Assembly: GCA_032718475.1 (NCBI GenBank) | Contig: JAUCBJ010007863.1 | Coordinates: forward strand, 88,477 to 152,476 | Direction of reading: 5' to 3' | DNA: 64,000 nt | Source of the DNA: Nemertoderma westbladi | Taxonomy: Eukaryota; Animalia; Xenacoelomorpha | Part shown: positions 36,601 to 48,600 of the stretch, one piece after another | How positions within the stretch are numbered: position 1 is the first letter of the stretch | How the letters are laid out: the number at the start of each line of letters is the position of its first letter | Program-made: the position numbers and the translations under genes | The notes under the pieces: model-generated | The model's input: the letters and a program-made list of their open reading frames with translations, nothing else | Databases searched by the model: none | Told to the model about the DNA's origin: nothing

Positions 36601-39600
36601 AAGATGGAAAGGGAGAAGATGTGAGATGATCAGACCAGGGGCAGAGAAGCCCATGAATAAACATATGGTGGACAAAGGAGCCGGGAGAGTAGGAGGCGTG
36701 CTGCGTACGCACGCGGAACTGACAGAGTGCGAGGGGGCATTACATGGGCAGACATCGTGTATACCGAAGGACGAACGGGGGTCGTTGAAGCCTTTAATGC
36801 CAGCACACATATTAAGGGGGAGGCCAGCAGAGGTGGCATCTAAGATTGAGGAGAAGAACAGGGGCGGCATTATACCGCCGGGTGACACGTTGAAGGGTGG
36901 CACTTTGCCGCCAAGGGACGACCACGAGATCAGAAACATAAATAACAGACAGCATTTGCAAAAACAGGAGAAAAGACCACCTATCGAATTGACAAGGAGA
37001 GCGGAGCGAAGAATTAGAGAACCTATAGGGGGGCAGTGGGAGAGTTGCCTGGAGGAGGAATCACCCCTTGGGTCGCTGAGTTGTCCAACAGGTTGGACTG
37101 GGATGGAAGAGTTAGATCCGTAAAAGGTGCGGGCAGAGGTGTTACCTGTCTATTAGAAGGGGCACCTTAGCAGAGTTAGAGAAAAGTTTAGTCGTCCAAG
37201 TTTTGGACTGAGGGGGGTGGGATTGAGGGCGAGACGCCCTTCCCACAAACAAAATAATAAAATAAAATAAAAAAAATAGTACATGGTAGGTATGCAGTTA
37301 GTAGGCAGAGAGTTAGTAAGAAGGTACGTAGTACCTAGTTAGTTAGTTAGTTAGGAGGTACGTAGTACCGCCAGTTAGAGAGTTAGTTAGAGGGTACGTA
37401 AGTACTGTTAGTTAGTTAGTTAGTTAGGAGGTACGTAGTACCGCCAGTTAGAGAGTTAGTTAGAGGGTACGTAAGTACCGTTAGTTAGTCAGAGAGTTAG
37501 AGGGTACGTAGTACCGCTAGTTAGTTAGAGTTAGAGGGTACGTAGTACCGCCAGTTAGAGAGTTAGTTAGAGGGTACCGGTACGTAAGTACCGTTAGTTA
37601 GTTAGTTAGTTAGTTAGGAGGTACGTAGTACCGCCAGTTAGAGAGTTAGTTAGAGGGTACGTAAGTACCGTTAGTTAGTCAGAGAGTTAGAGGGTACGTA
37701 GTACCGCTAGTTAGTTAGAGTTAGAGGGTACGTAGTACCGATAGTTAGTTAGAGAGTTAGAGGGTACGTAGTACCGCTAGTTAGTTAGAGTTAGAGGGTA
37801 CGTAGTACCGATAGTTAGTTAGAGAGTTAGAGGGTACGTAGTACCGCTAGTTAGTTAGAGTTAGAGGGTACGTAGTACCGATAGTTAGTTAGAGAGTTAG
37901 AGGGTACGTAAGTACCGCTAGTTAGTTAGAGAAGAGTTAGAGGGTACGTAGTACCGTTAGTTAGAAGAGAGAGAGTAAGAGGTAAAAAGGGGATATAGAT
38001 ATAGGTATTAGTTAGCAGTTAGTAGAGAGAGGGGGGCATATGAGTACAGCTGGATAAATCGTGTGGCCACACGACGCATACTGCTGTACTGCATAGACCC
38101 ACAGAGTAGGCCAGAATGTGGATTAGAGAATAGAATAATCCATAGGCAGTAGTAAGTAGTAGGACAGTAGAATCAAAGTAAATGGATAAATAAATAGAAT
38201 AGGGCTGAAAGTTGTAAAATAGTGGCAACACAAGGGAAGTTATTCTAGAACATAATAAAAGTAACGGACAGAAATTGTAAATTACGCTCATTTACTAGCT
38301 TCAAAATTAATTAGGAATAATTTAGGTTAAAAGGCGCAGTTAAGTAGGAAATAGGCCATTATCGAACTGTACAGAACATCCTAGATACATCACTCATCTG
38401 TATTGCGCCTTGGTAAGGCACCACCTTGCAGGTGAGCGAGTGAACGTTCGGAATGGCGAGTAAGTTGATCAGAAAGAGAAAGGCGGAGTCAGGAGGAAAG
38501 GAGATACTGGTGGATTTCACCGAGAGGCATCCGGAAGAGAAGACGAGAGGATACTACGAGAGGTTGGAAAGGGGTCACGCGGCACGAGCGCTGCAGGATC
38601 ACTTCCGGGAGGCGCACGAACAGCGGCTGGTCGGGACCTACGGGACCCCGTCGCTGGACAACGCGATCTTCCAACACTTTCACTACGTGGTGAAAGGGGA
38701 CGAGGCGAAGTTCGGGATTCCGAAATACCCGAGGGAATCACCGAGGAAGGACTGGAAGAGATTCATAGAGTCCGTCAACAGAGGAGGATTTATGATCCTA
38801 GATGACGAGGGAACCGTGGAAGACGAGGCGGGTTCGAGACGAGGAACGGCGGGGTCGGCCAGGACCATACTCCTACATTTGGCCGCGCCAAATGGGGACA
38901 TCTTCTTATTCGACCTAGGGACGTATGGGAAGAAGGACGGGCCGAAATTAGACCGATTACCGAAAGCGGTACAAGTCTTAGTAAGAGAGAAGTCGACGAC
39001 GAAAGTGGGATCGGCGATTCGCGAGGACGCGGAGAGGATCATCGGTCCGGACGCCACCAACCTCCTGGATATGCAGAAAGTCTTTATGGCTATGACGGCA
39101 CCGGATGGATTGGGGGTAGTCGAAAACACAGGCCAATGCGGGGCGGTGGCGATGGGCCAATTATTGGGGCTCGTATGCCACAAACCGATGGACTGGGGGA
39201 AGTTTAGGGAAGAATACGGAGCAGAACTAGCGAACTCGCTAAAGTGGGGAGCGAGACCGGGAAAGCAGGAGGTATATCAGTTCCGCAGGGGAGCGATAAA
39301 GGTATATCAGAAGCGATATATCCTGCAGGAGGACTGGATGATGATAAGTTTGCTTAACTTATTCATGACCGTGATTATCGAGAGGGAACCAGGGGCATTT
39401 CTGTTATCGGGATCACCCCTAAGCTACAGGAGAGCCTTTAAAGTGGCCTTTGACGGTCTGGTAGACCACCCGGGGCTGAAGGGCGAGTCGGTGTACTACA
39501 ACAGCCGACATCTGGTAGACGGGGAGACAGATACACCGTATCAGAGATGGGAACAGCTAGAGACGGATAGACGAGAAGCAAAGCGACTGGAAGAAGTCGC

Positions 39601-42600
39601 TAGACGGGAGAGGATAGAAGCAGAGGAGAGGGAAGAGGAGGCCAGGACACAGAGTTACGGCTTCGAGGAACAGGCGGGCCTAGACGAACTTCATTGGACT
39701 TCGTCAGGAAGTTCGGGGGAGTCTCTAGGGCGAGAATTGGGATGGACGGTGGGATCGCCGAAACAGTCGACGTCGGGGTTGCAAACGATGCCCATACCAG
39801 CGGGCGCCGAGGGCGACCAACCGCCAAGGAAGTTAAGGGAGCTAGAGGGATGGAGGGCTACGGGCGAGAGCCAAGGCGGGAAGGGACATAGTGGATCCAT
39901 CGGGATACCGGGATTGGAGACACTACCAAAAGAGGAGGACGACGACGACGAGTTCGGAGAGATGCCGCCCATCGAGAGGATAGGCCACTCGGACACGGAC
40001 TGGGTTGGCGGAAGGGTGGTGACGGCCAGTGGGGCGAGGGCCTTCTGGAACAGATCCGGCAAGCGGACCTGGGTGCACGAGGAGCCGGCGATGGATTTCG
40101 CGGGGAGCACCATCAGGTTGGGCGAGCAACCGGGGACGGCACCACGGATAGTATTCGGGGAGACGATGCCCGAGAGGGGCGGAGAGATCGACGTAGATAG
40201 AGAGACCAACGTAGAGAAGTTCGCCTACCAGCGACTCCACAGACCGCGGAGATCGCTTGGGACGAAAGACGAGGTGGGACGGGAGACATTGGTACTCGGC
40301 TGCGACTACTGTGGGAGACAGACCCATCGGGAAAGCAGCTGCCTATACCGGTTCCAAAAGGGAACCTTTTGTCTCTACTGCAGAGAACCAAGCCACAGGA
40401 TGGGGGCGTGTCCACGGTTGCATAACCGATGTCCAAAGTGCCACTTTCGGGGACACTACGGACGCGAGTGCGACTGGATGAACGACGAGGAGAAGTTCAC
40501 AAGATTCGAGGAGTGGGCCGACGTCGGGGCCATGACGCGCCAGCGCATGAAGGCCCAGGAGTTCAAGTGGGGTTTCTTCCTTATCAATCAGGAGACTCAC
40601 ATGGAAATCATAAAGCGGAGGCTACCGTTTACCTACCAAGAGGTAGCAACGGCGGCGTCGTACGCTGGAGTGATGAACACGCAAAGGTATCTGGACAGGT
40701 GGACGCCAGAGAACCGAAGGGAGTTTAGGGATTTCTTGGCGGAGCACGTACCAAAGGCAATGAAAATGATCCTATGGGACGCCACTAGAGGGAGACAACC
40801 GGGCCACTCTGAGGGGCCACCGGCGAAGCGATATCGGGCACTAATAACACCAGCGCCCAAGGAGCCAACGACCGGGATCAGCAAGGAAGTGGCGGCGAAG
40901 GTCCGAAAGCAGAAAGCGGATGATGCCAGAGGAACGGTGATAACCAAGAAACGACCCAGGGAAGAGGACGCCAGGGGGAACTACCCCCGGAGGAACAGAT
41001 AGGTTCCCAGAGTCGAGGGAGAGAGACTGGGACTTGGACGTGGTACGCCTGGAAGGCGCCGCGTGGGACGTACGAACTATTAAGTACAAATTTAATTAAT
41101 GCAAAATAATCATATAAGTGCAATTTGTATGTAGGTACGTAGTAATTAGTAATCTAGAAATATATACGTTCGGAGTAAGTACTATGGTCATACAACCTTT
41201 CTCAATTAGCTACTGGGACTGGGGGATAACTGACTATGGCACTATGGACGAGACACCAGACAATTTCACACTTCTTGAGTGCGACGGCACGAGAGGGGGG
41301 GGAGATTCGTCAGAAGAGAAGAGACAGTCGAAGTGAGGTTGAGGGACGGAATAGTGCGGAGTGCGGAGAGAGTGCGGACGCAATTCTAGTGTGGGGGGGG
41401 GGGAGAATAAGAGGCTGAGTGAGGGACGAGGAGGTCCGAGTGTGAGAGAGTTAGGGTGAGAGTGAAGAAGAGATAGGGTGGAAGTGTTGGGGAAACAAAA
41501 GTTGCGTGAGAGGTGAGCGCGATCGGCCCGACATGAGACGCCAGGAACACAGGGTAGCGTTATCATACCCATAGGGGGCGGCCTGGAAAGCCGACTCCGA
41601 GAGAAAAGAATTCCACCCCACACCCGATACTAGATCGGGATCCAGCGGGATTGTAGCGCACTTTTTTGGTTGATGCTATCTTCTTACCGGGAAGATAGCA
41701 TGGGGGGGAGTGTTAGCTTATTCAATCCCGCTAACACCCCATAAAGTTATAAGCCGATAAGCAATATTGGGAGCCACGAGATTGGATAATTAACCAACTC
41801 GTGCCATCCCAATAAGAGTGGGAAGGAAGCACACAAAGAGGGTCAGGGGCCAAACCCCTAACCCAGAGAGAATAGGTGGAGTGAACGGGAACACTCCAAA
41901 GGGCGCCAACAAGGGTATCAACCAATCAGAGGGGGGAAAGGCATCGATTAGGTAGAGTAACAAGGCCAACCGTGCAATATAGCCACTTGGCAGTAATAAT
42001 ACCAATTCAGTTATCTCAGTGCAATACCGGTGCTAGTTTAGGTTATTACATAGTTTTAGATAGGGAAGGACCGGGACTTTAGTTACCGTATCCCGCCTTC
42101 CATATACGACAATACTATATCTATATCTATATCCGCATATCATATTATATACGACAAACAACATCAGAACTCATTCACTCTTTATACACGGCGGGGACGC
42201 GTGAACTAAAACCGGATAAACCGGGATTCCTCTTGGATCCCGTCACACTAACTAGTTTATATGCCTAATTAACTCGTTTATATACCTAACTAACTCGCTT
42301 ACATGCCTAACTAACTCGTTTATATGCCTAACTAACTAGTTTATATGCATAATTAACTCGTTTATATACCTAACTAACTCGCTTACATGCCTACCATTTG
42401 AAGTGTTATGGGGTGTCCTCCAAGGAGACACACTTGCACCATTCTTGTTCATTATTGTGGTTGACTATGTTCTACGCATGTCCTTAGATCATTATAATGA
42501 TGATGGGGTGATGATAACTCCACCTACTGGCTCCAGAAGTCGAGGAAATCCTGCCAAGTACCTAACTGATCTAGACTTTGCTGATGACTTAGGAGTACTC

Positions 42601-45600
42601 TCAGAATCATTAGAGGGAGCCCAACGGCTCCTCAGCTCATTAGAACATGCTGCTTCTAGTGTTGGTCTTTTTATTAACTCCAGAAAGACCAAAATTCTGA
42701 CAGTTAACTTTGAAAGTCCTCAGCAAGTTTCTGATCGGATGAGCATAAGCTCAAAGGATGGTATGCTTGAGCATGTGGACGACTTCTGTTACCTGGGATC
42801 ATTGATCCGGAAGTCAGGTGAGGACCTTCGAATACGTAAGGGAAAGGCATGGGCAGCCTTGAATAGGCTTTCCAGGATTTGGAAGTCACCGAGAATTAAT
42901 CGGAAACTTAAGGTCCGATTATTTAGAGCAGCAGTAGTTCCAGTACTCCTCTACGGGAGTCCATGCTGGGCTCTAACTGCTGAGGACACCAAATCTCTGG
43001 ACGGCACATTCACAAGAATGCTACGCCGGGTTCATTGTGCCAAGTACAATGCACACATCTCCAACCAGACACTATATAACATTGGAGGTGTGTCATTGGT
43101 TCCCCCAAGCTTGACACTAGAACAAAATCGCCTCCGCTTTGCAGGACATTGGCTTTCGCCGTGAGGACCAGCCAGTGCATAATCTTGTACTTTGGCAGCC
43201 TCATGGAGTGAATAAGCATGGTGGACAGCCCATGACTTTCTTGAGACGCATCTTAAAGGACACTGGCCTTAAAGATGCGGATGATCTAGCAAATGTCATG
43301 GGTGATAGGGAGTTGTGGCGGTGCAATTTTGTTGACAAGCCGGCACAGCATTCTTAAAAATGCAGCTGCAATGCAGCATGCCGATCCTAGTAGTACATGC
43401 CTAACTAACTCGTTTATATGCCTAACTAACTAGTTTATATGCCTAACTAACTCGTTTATATGCCTAATTAACTAGTTTATATGCCTAAATAACTAGTTTA
43501 TATGCCTAACTAACTAGTTTATGTGCCTAATTAACTCGTTTATATACCTAACTAACTCGTTTATATGCCTAACTAACTAGCTTATATGCCTAACTCGCTT
43601 ACATGCCTAACTAACTCGTTTATATGCATAACTAACTAGTTTATATGCCTAAATAACTAGTTCATATGCCTAACTAACTCGTTTATATGCTTAACTAACT
43701 AGTTTATATGCCTAAATAACAAGTTTATATGCCTAACTAACTAGTTTATATGCCTAATTAACTCGTTTATATACCTAACTAACTCGTTTATATGCCTAAC
43801 TCGCTTACATGCGTAACCAACTCGTTTATATGCCTAACTAACTCGTTTATAGGCCTAACTAACTAGTTTATATGCGTAACTAACTCGTTTATATGCTTAA
43901 CTAACTAGTTTATATGCCTAATTAACTCGTTTATATGCCTAACTAACTAGTTTATATGCCTAATTAACTCGTTTATATACCTAACTAACTCGTTTATATG
44001 CCTAACTAACTCGTTTATAGGCCTAAATAACTAGTTTATATGCCTAACTAACTAGTTTATATGCCTAATTAACTCGTTTATATACCTAACTAACTCGTTT
44101 ATATGCCTAACTAACTAGTTTATATGCCTAACTCGCTTACATGCCTAACTAACTCGTTTATATGCTTAACTAACTAGTTTATATGCCTAATTAACTCGTT
44201 TATATGCCTAACTTGCTTACATGCCTAACTAACACGTTTATATGCCTAACTAATTAGTTTATATGCCTAATTAACTCGTTTATATACCTAACTAACTCGT
44301 TTATATGCCTAACTAACTAGTTTATATGCCTAACTCGCTTACATGCCTAACTAACTCGTTTATATGCTTAACTAACTAGTTTATATGCCTAATTAACTCG
44401 TTTATATGCCTAACTTGCTTACATGCCTAACTAACACGTTTATATGCCTAACTAATTAGTTTATATGCCTAATTAACTCGTTTATATACCTAACTAACTC
44501 GTTTATATGCCTAACTAACTAGTTTATATGCCTAATAACTCGTTTATATGCCTAACTAACTCGTTTATATGCTTAACTAACTAGTTTATATGCCTAATTA
44601 ACTCGTTTATATGCCTAACTTGCTTACATGCCTAACTAACACGTTTATATGCCTAACTAATTAGTTTATATGCCTAATTAACTCGTTTATATACCTAACT
44701 AACTCGTTTATATGCCTAACTAACTAGTTTATATGCCTAACTCGCTTACATGCCTAACTAACTCGTTTATATGCTTAACTAACTAGTTTATATGCCTAAT
44801 TAACTCGTTTATATGCCTAACTTGCTTACATGCCTAACTAACACGTTTATATGCCTAACTAATTAGTTTATATGCCTAATTAACTCGTTTATATGCCTAA
44901 CTTGCTTACATGCCTAACTAACACGTTTATATGCCTAACTAATTAGTTTATATGCCTAATTAACTCGTTTATATACCTAACTAACTCGTTTATATGCCTA
45001 ACTAACTAGTTTATATGCCTAACTCGCTTACATGCCTAACTAACTCGTTTATATGCTTAACTAACTAGTTTATATGCCTAATTAACTCGTTTATATACCT
45101 AACTAACTCGTTTATATGCCTAACTAACTAGTTTATATGCCTAACTAACTAGTTTATATGCCTAACTAACTCGTTTATATGCTAACTAACTAGTTTATAT
45201 GCCTAAATAACTAGTTTATATGCCTAACTAACTCGTTTATATGCCTAACTCTGCTTACATGCCTAACTAACACGTTTATATGCCTAACTAATTAGTTTAT
45301 ATGCCTAATTAACTCGTTTATATACCTAACTAACTCGTTTATATGCCTAACTAACTAGTTTATATGCCTAACTCGCTTACATGCCTAACTAACTCGTTTA
45401 TATGCCTAACTAACTAGTTTATATGCCTAATTAAATTGTTTATATACCTAACTAACTCGTTTATATGCCTAACTAACTAGTTTATATGCCTAACTAACTA
45501 GTTTATATGCCTAACTAACTCGTTTATATGCCTAACTCGCTTTACATGCCTAACTAACTCGTTTATATGCCTAACTAACTCGTTTATATGCCTAACTAAC

Positions 45601-48600
45601 TGTTTATATGCCTAACTAACTCGTTTATATGCCTAACTAACTAGTTTATATGCCTAATTAACTCGTTTATATACCTAACTAACTCGTTTATATGCCTAAC
45701 TAACTAGTTTATATGCCTAACTCGCTTACATGCCTAACTAACTCGTTTATATGCCTAACTAACTAGTTTATATGCCTAATTAACTCGTTTATATACCTAA
45801 CTAACTCGTTTATATGCCTAACTAACTAGTTTATATGCCTAACTCGCTTACATGCCTAACTAACTCGTTTATATGCTTAACTAACTAGTTTATATGCCTA
45901 ATTAACTCGTTTATATGCCTAACTTGCTTACATGCCTAACTAACTTCAAATTCAAATTCAAATTCAAATTCAAATTCAAATTCGTATATTTCTTTCACTT
46001 ATAACTAAAACATACACGAATTGCACAGATTAACATAGTAAATATTGGCAGCAGAGGCGCAGGCAATAGCAGAGCTAGTGGAGCCAGGGCCAATGCGTAA
46101 GTCATAAGTGGGAGGAGGGGGGGGGGGGGGGTAGGAGGAGTGGGGGAGGAGGGGGTGGGGGGGGGGGGGGGGTGCGTTTTGTTGCTCAGATTAGGGTGAA
46201 TTTAATGAAGTGCTCATGGAGTACAGTATGCTGCAATTTAAGTAGTACCGAGGTGGATCATTTCAAACACAGGACGTTATGTCTTGAAAAATAAATGGGG
46301 TTATCGCATGGACGTTATGTCTTGAAAAATAAATGGGGTTATCGCATGGCGTATGTTGGAATAGAGTTATGTTATCAGAGATTTAAATATAATTTAGAAT
46401 ATGTCGTTTATATGCCTTTGAGAATGAGTTTTTAGAATTTTTGATCTTGATTTCAGAGGGAACCGAGTTCCAGATGGTTGGGCCCTGATAACGGATAGAG
46501 CATTGGGAGGAATCTAATCTAACTAAAGGGACGATGAAGCCAAAAGAGGCAGCTAAGCGGGTAGAATATCCATGAGAGATTTTTTTAAATAATTTACCGA
46601 TGGGGGAGGTTGGAAGAATAGTGTTATTATTTGCGTCGTACATAAGTAAGGCGGTTTGATGTTTGTATAGAAGGTCAATGGGTAAAATAGATAACGATTT
46701 GTAAATAGGGTTGGATGATGAACGGCTGTGAGAAAATGTAATACAACGAATTATTTTATTAATTTTGGTACGTAGGGGTTTAAGCGTAGAAGAATGGGTT
46801 TTTCCCCAAATTAAGATACCATATAATAGATAGGGGTGGATAAGGGAAAAATATAGTTGGCGTAAGATATTTAATGGAAAAATGTATCTGAGTTTATAGA
46901 ATAAACCACCGGTTTTGGAGATTTTTTTAATTATTGAATTAATATGTGACTTCCAGCAAAGTTTATTATCAACCGAAATACCTAAAAATTTTGTTGAGAT
47001 TTTAAAATCGATAAGAGTATTATTTATTTGAATTTTAAGATCTGTGGGGTTAAAACGTTTGTTAGAAAGGATAGTATATTCAGTTTTGGTTAGATTTAAG
47101 GAGAGTTTGTTATCAGACAGCCAATCAGAGAGGGTGTTGAGTTCAGAGTTAACAAAGTCGCTTAGTAGAGGTAAGTTCGAACCAGTGGCGTATAGAGTAG
47201 TGTCATCGGCAAAGAGCGTAGTGAAAAGTCGGGTAGCGTTTGGGAGGTCGTTAATGTAAAGGAGGAATAGGAGGGGGGACAAGGTGGCGCCTTGAGGGAC
47301 GCCGGTGTTTAGAGGAAGGTAGGAGGATGTATTATTTCCAATAGAAACGCATTGGGTGCGAGCAGAGAGATAGCTGGAAAATAATTGTAGTGGTAGGCCG
47401 CGGATACCATAGCAGGAGAGTTTTTGGAGAAGTATATCGTGGTTAATTGTGTCGAACGCTTTTTTTAGATCAATATATATTACACAGGAATAATTTTTAT
47501 TGTCGAGGTACTGGTGTAAATTTTCAATGACGGATAGTAGGGCATGAGAGGTGGTAGTCTTGGGGCGGAAACCATATTGGCAGGATGAAAGGATCGAGAA
47601 TTTATGTATGTAGGAGAGAAGCTGCGAGTTAATTAATTGTTCAAAAATTTTACTAAGAATTGGCAAGAGAGAGATGGGACGGTAATTATTTCGATCGCAG
47701 TGTTCACCTGATTTAAAAACTGGGATAACTTTGGCTTTTTTTAAAGTGTCCGGGAAAAAACCGTGGGAAATAGATATATTAAATAGATAACTTAGGATAT
47801 GAGATAATTGCTTAGCAGCTAGAATAAGTAAGCGAGTTGGAAAAGGGTCATTGGAGGCAGTGTGTGGGTCTAGTTGTAGTAGTTTATATTCAACTTCAAT
47901 AGGACAGGTTTCGATTAACGAGAAAGAATTGCGAGGTGGATTTATGTGGCGAGTTGGTCTGCGTGGTGAAGAGGGAATTGTACTAGCTAGTGATTGGCCA
48001 ATAGTGGAAAAGTGTTGATTGAATAGATCTGCTATAGAAGTTGGGTCAGTAATTGTTTCAGTAGAAAGATCAGTTTTAACAGTGAGTTTAGTTGGGAGTT
48101 TGGAGGAGTTGTTTCTATTTAGCGCCGAATTTATTATAATCCAGGTTTTTATGCCTCTAACACGTTTATATGCCTAACTAATTAGTTTATATGCCTAATT
48201 AACTCGTTTATATACCTAACTAACTCGTTTATATGCCTAACTAACTAGTTTATATGCCTAACTCGCTTACATGCCTAACTAACTCGTTTATATGCCTAAC
48301 TAACTAGTTTATATGCCTAATTAAATTGTTTATATACCTAACTAACTCGTTTATATGCCTAACTAACTAGTTTATATGCCTAACTAACTAGTTTATATGC
48401 CTAACTAACTCGTTTATATGCCTAACTCGCTTACATGCCTAACTAACTCGTTTATATGCCTAACTAACTAGTTTATATGCCTAATTAACTCGTTTATATA
48501 CCTAACTAATTCATTTATATGCCTAACTAACTAGTTTATATGCTTAACTAACTTGTTTATATGCCTAATTAACTCGTTTAGATGCCTAACTCGCTTACAT

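Larger units (their letters stand above)
25096..42247 (+). mobile_element. Non-autonomous BEL/Pao-like LTR retrotransposon, copy 2, with an extra exonuclease-like ORF; interrupted by a Gypsy element
   Basis: 537-bp LTRs 25096-25632 and 41711-42247 (TGTTAG...GTCACA; 2 differences seen), 5-bp [20 protein letters not shown] at 41702-41710. Confidence 0.94.

Noticed and set aside
37320-37965. GTTAGTTAG motif in the element's internal repeat matching the complement of the host satellite (CTAACTAAC)
   Set aside because: Short low-complexity motif; copy 1 has similar tracts but sits in an unrelated satellite, so neither targeting nor common origin is supported.
38489-41123. Numerous antisense and alternate-frame ORFs overlapping retroelement ORFs
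   Set aside because: Shadow ORFs of purine-rich coding sequence with no recognisable motifs.
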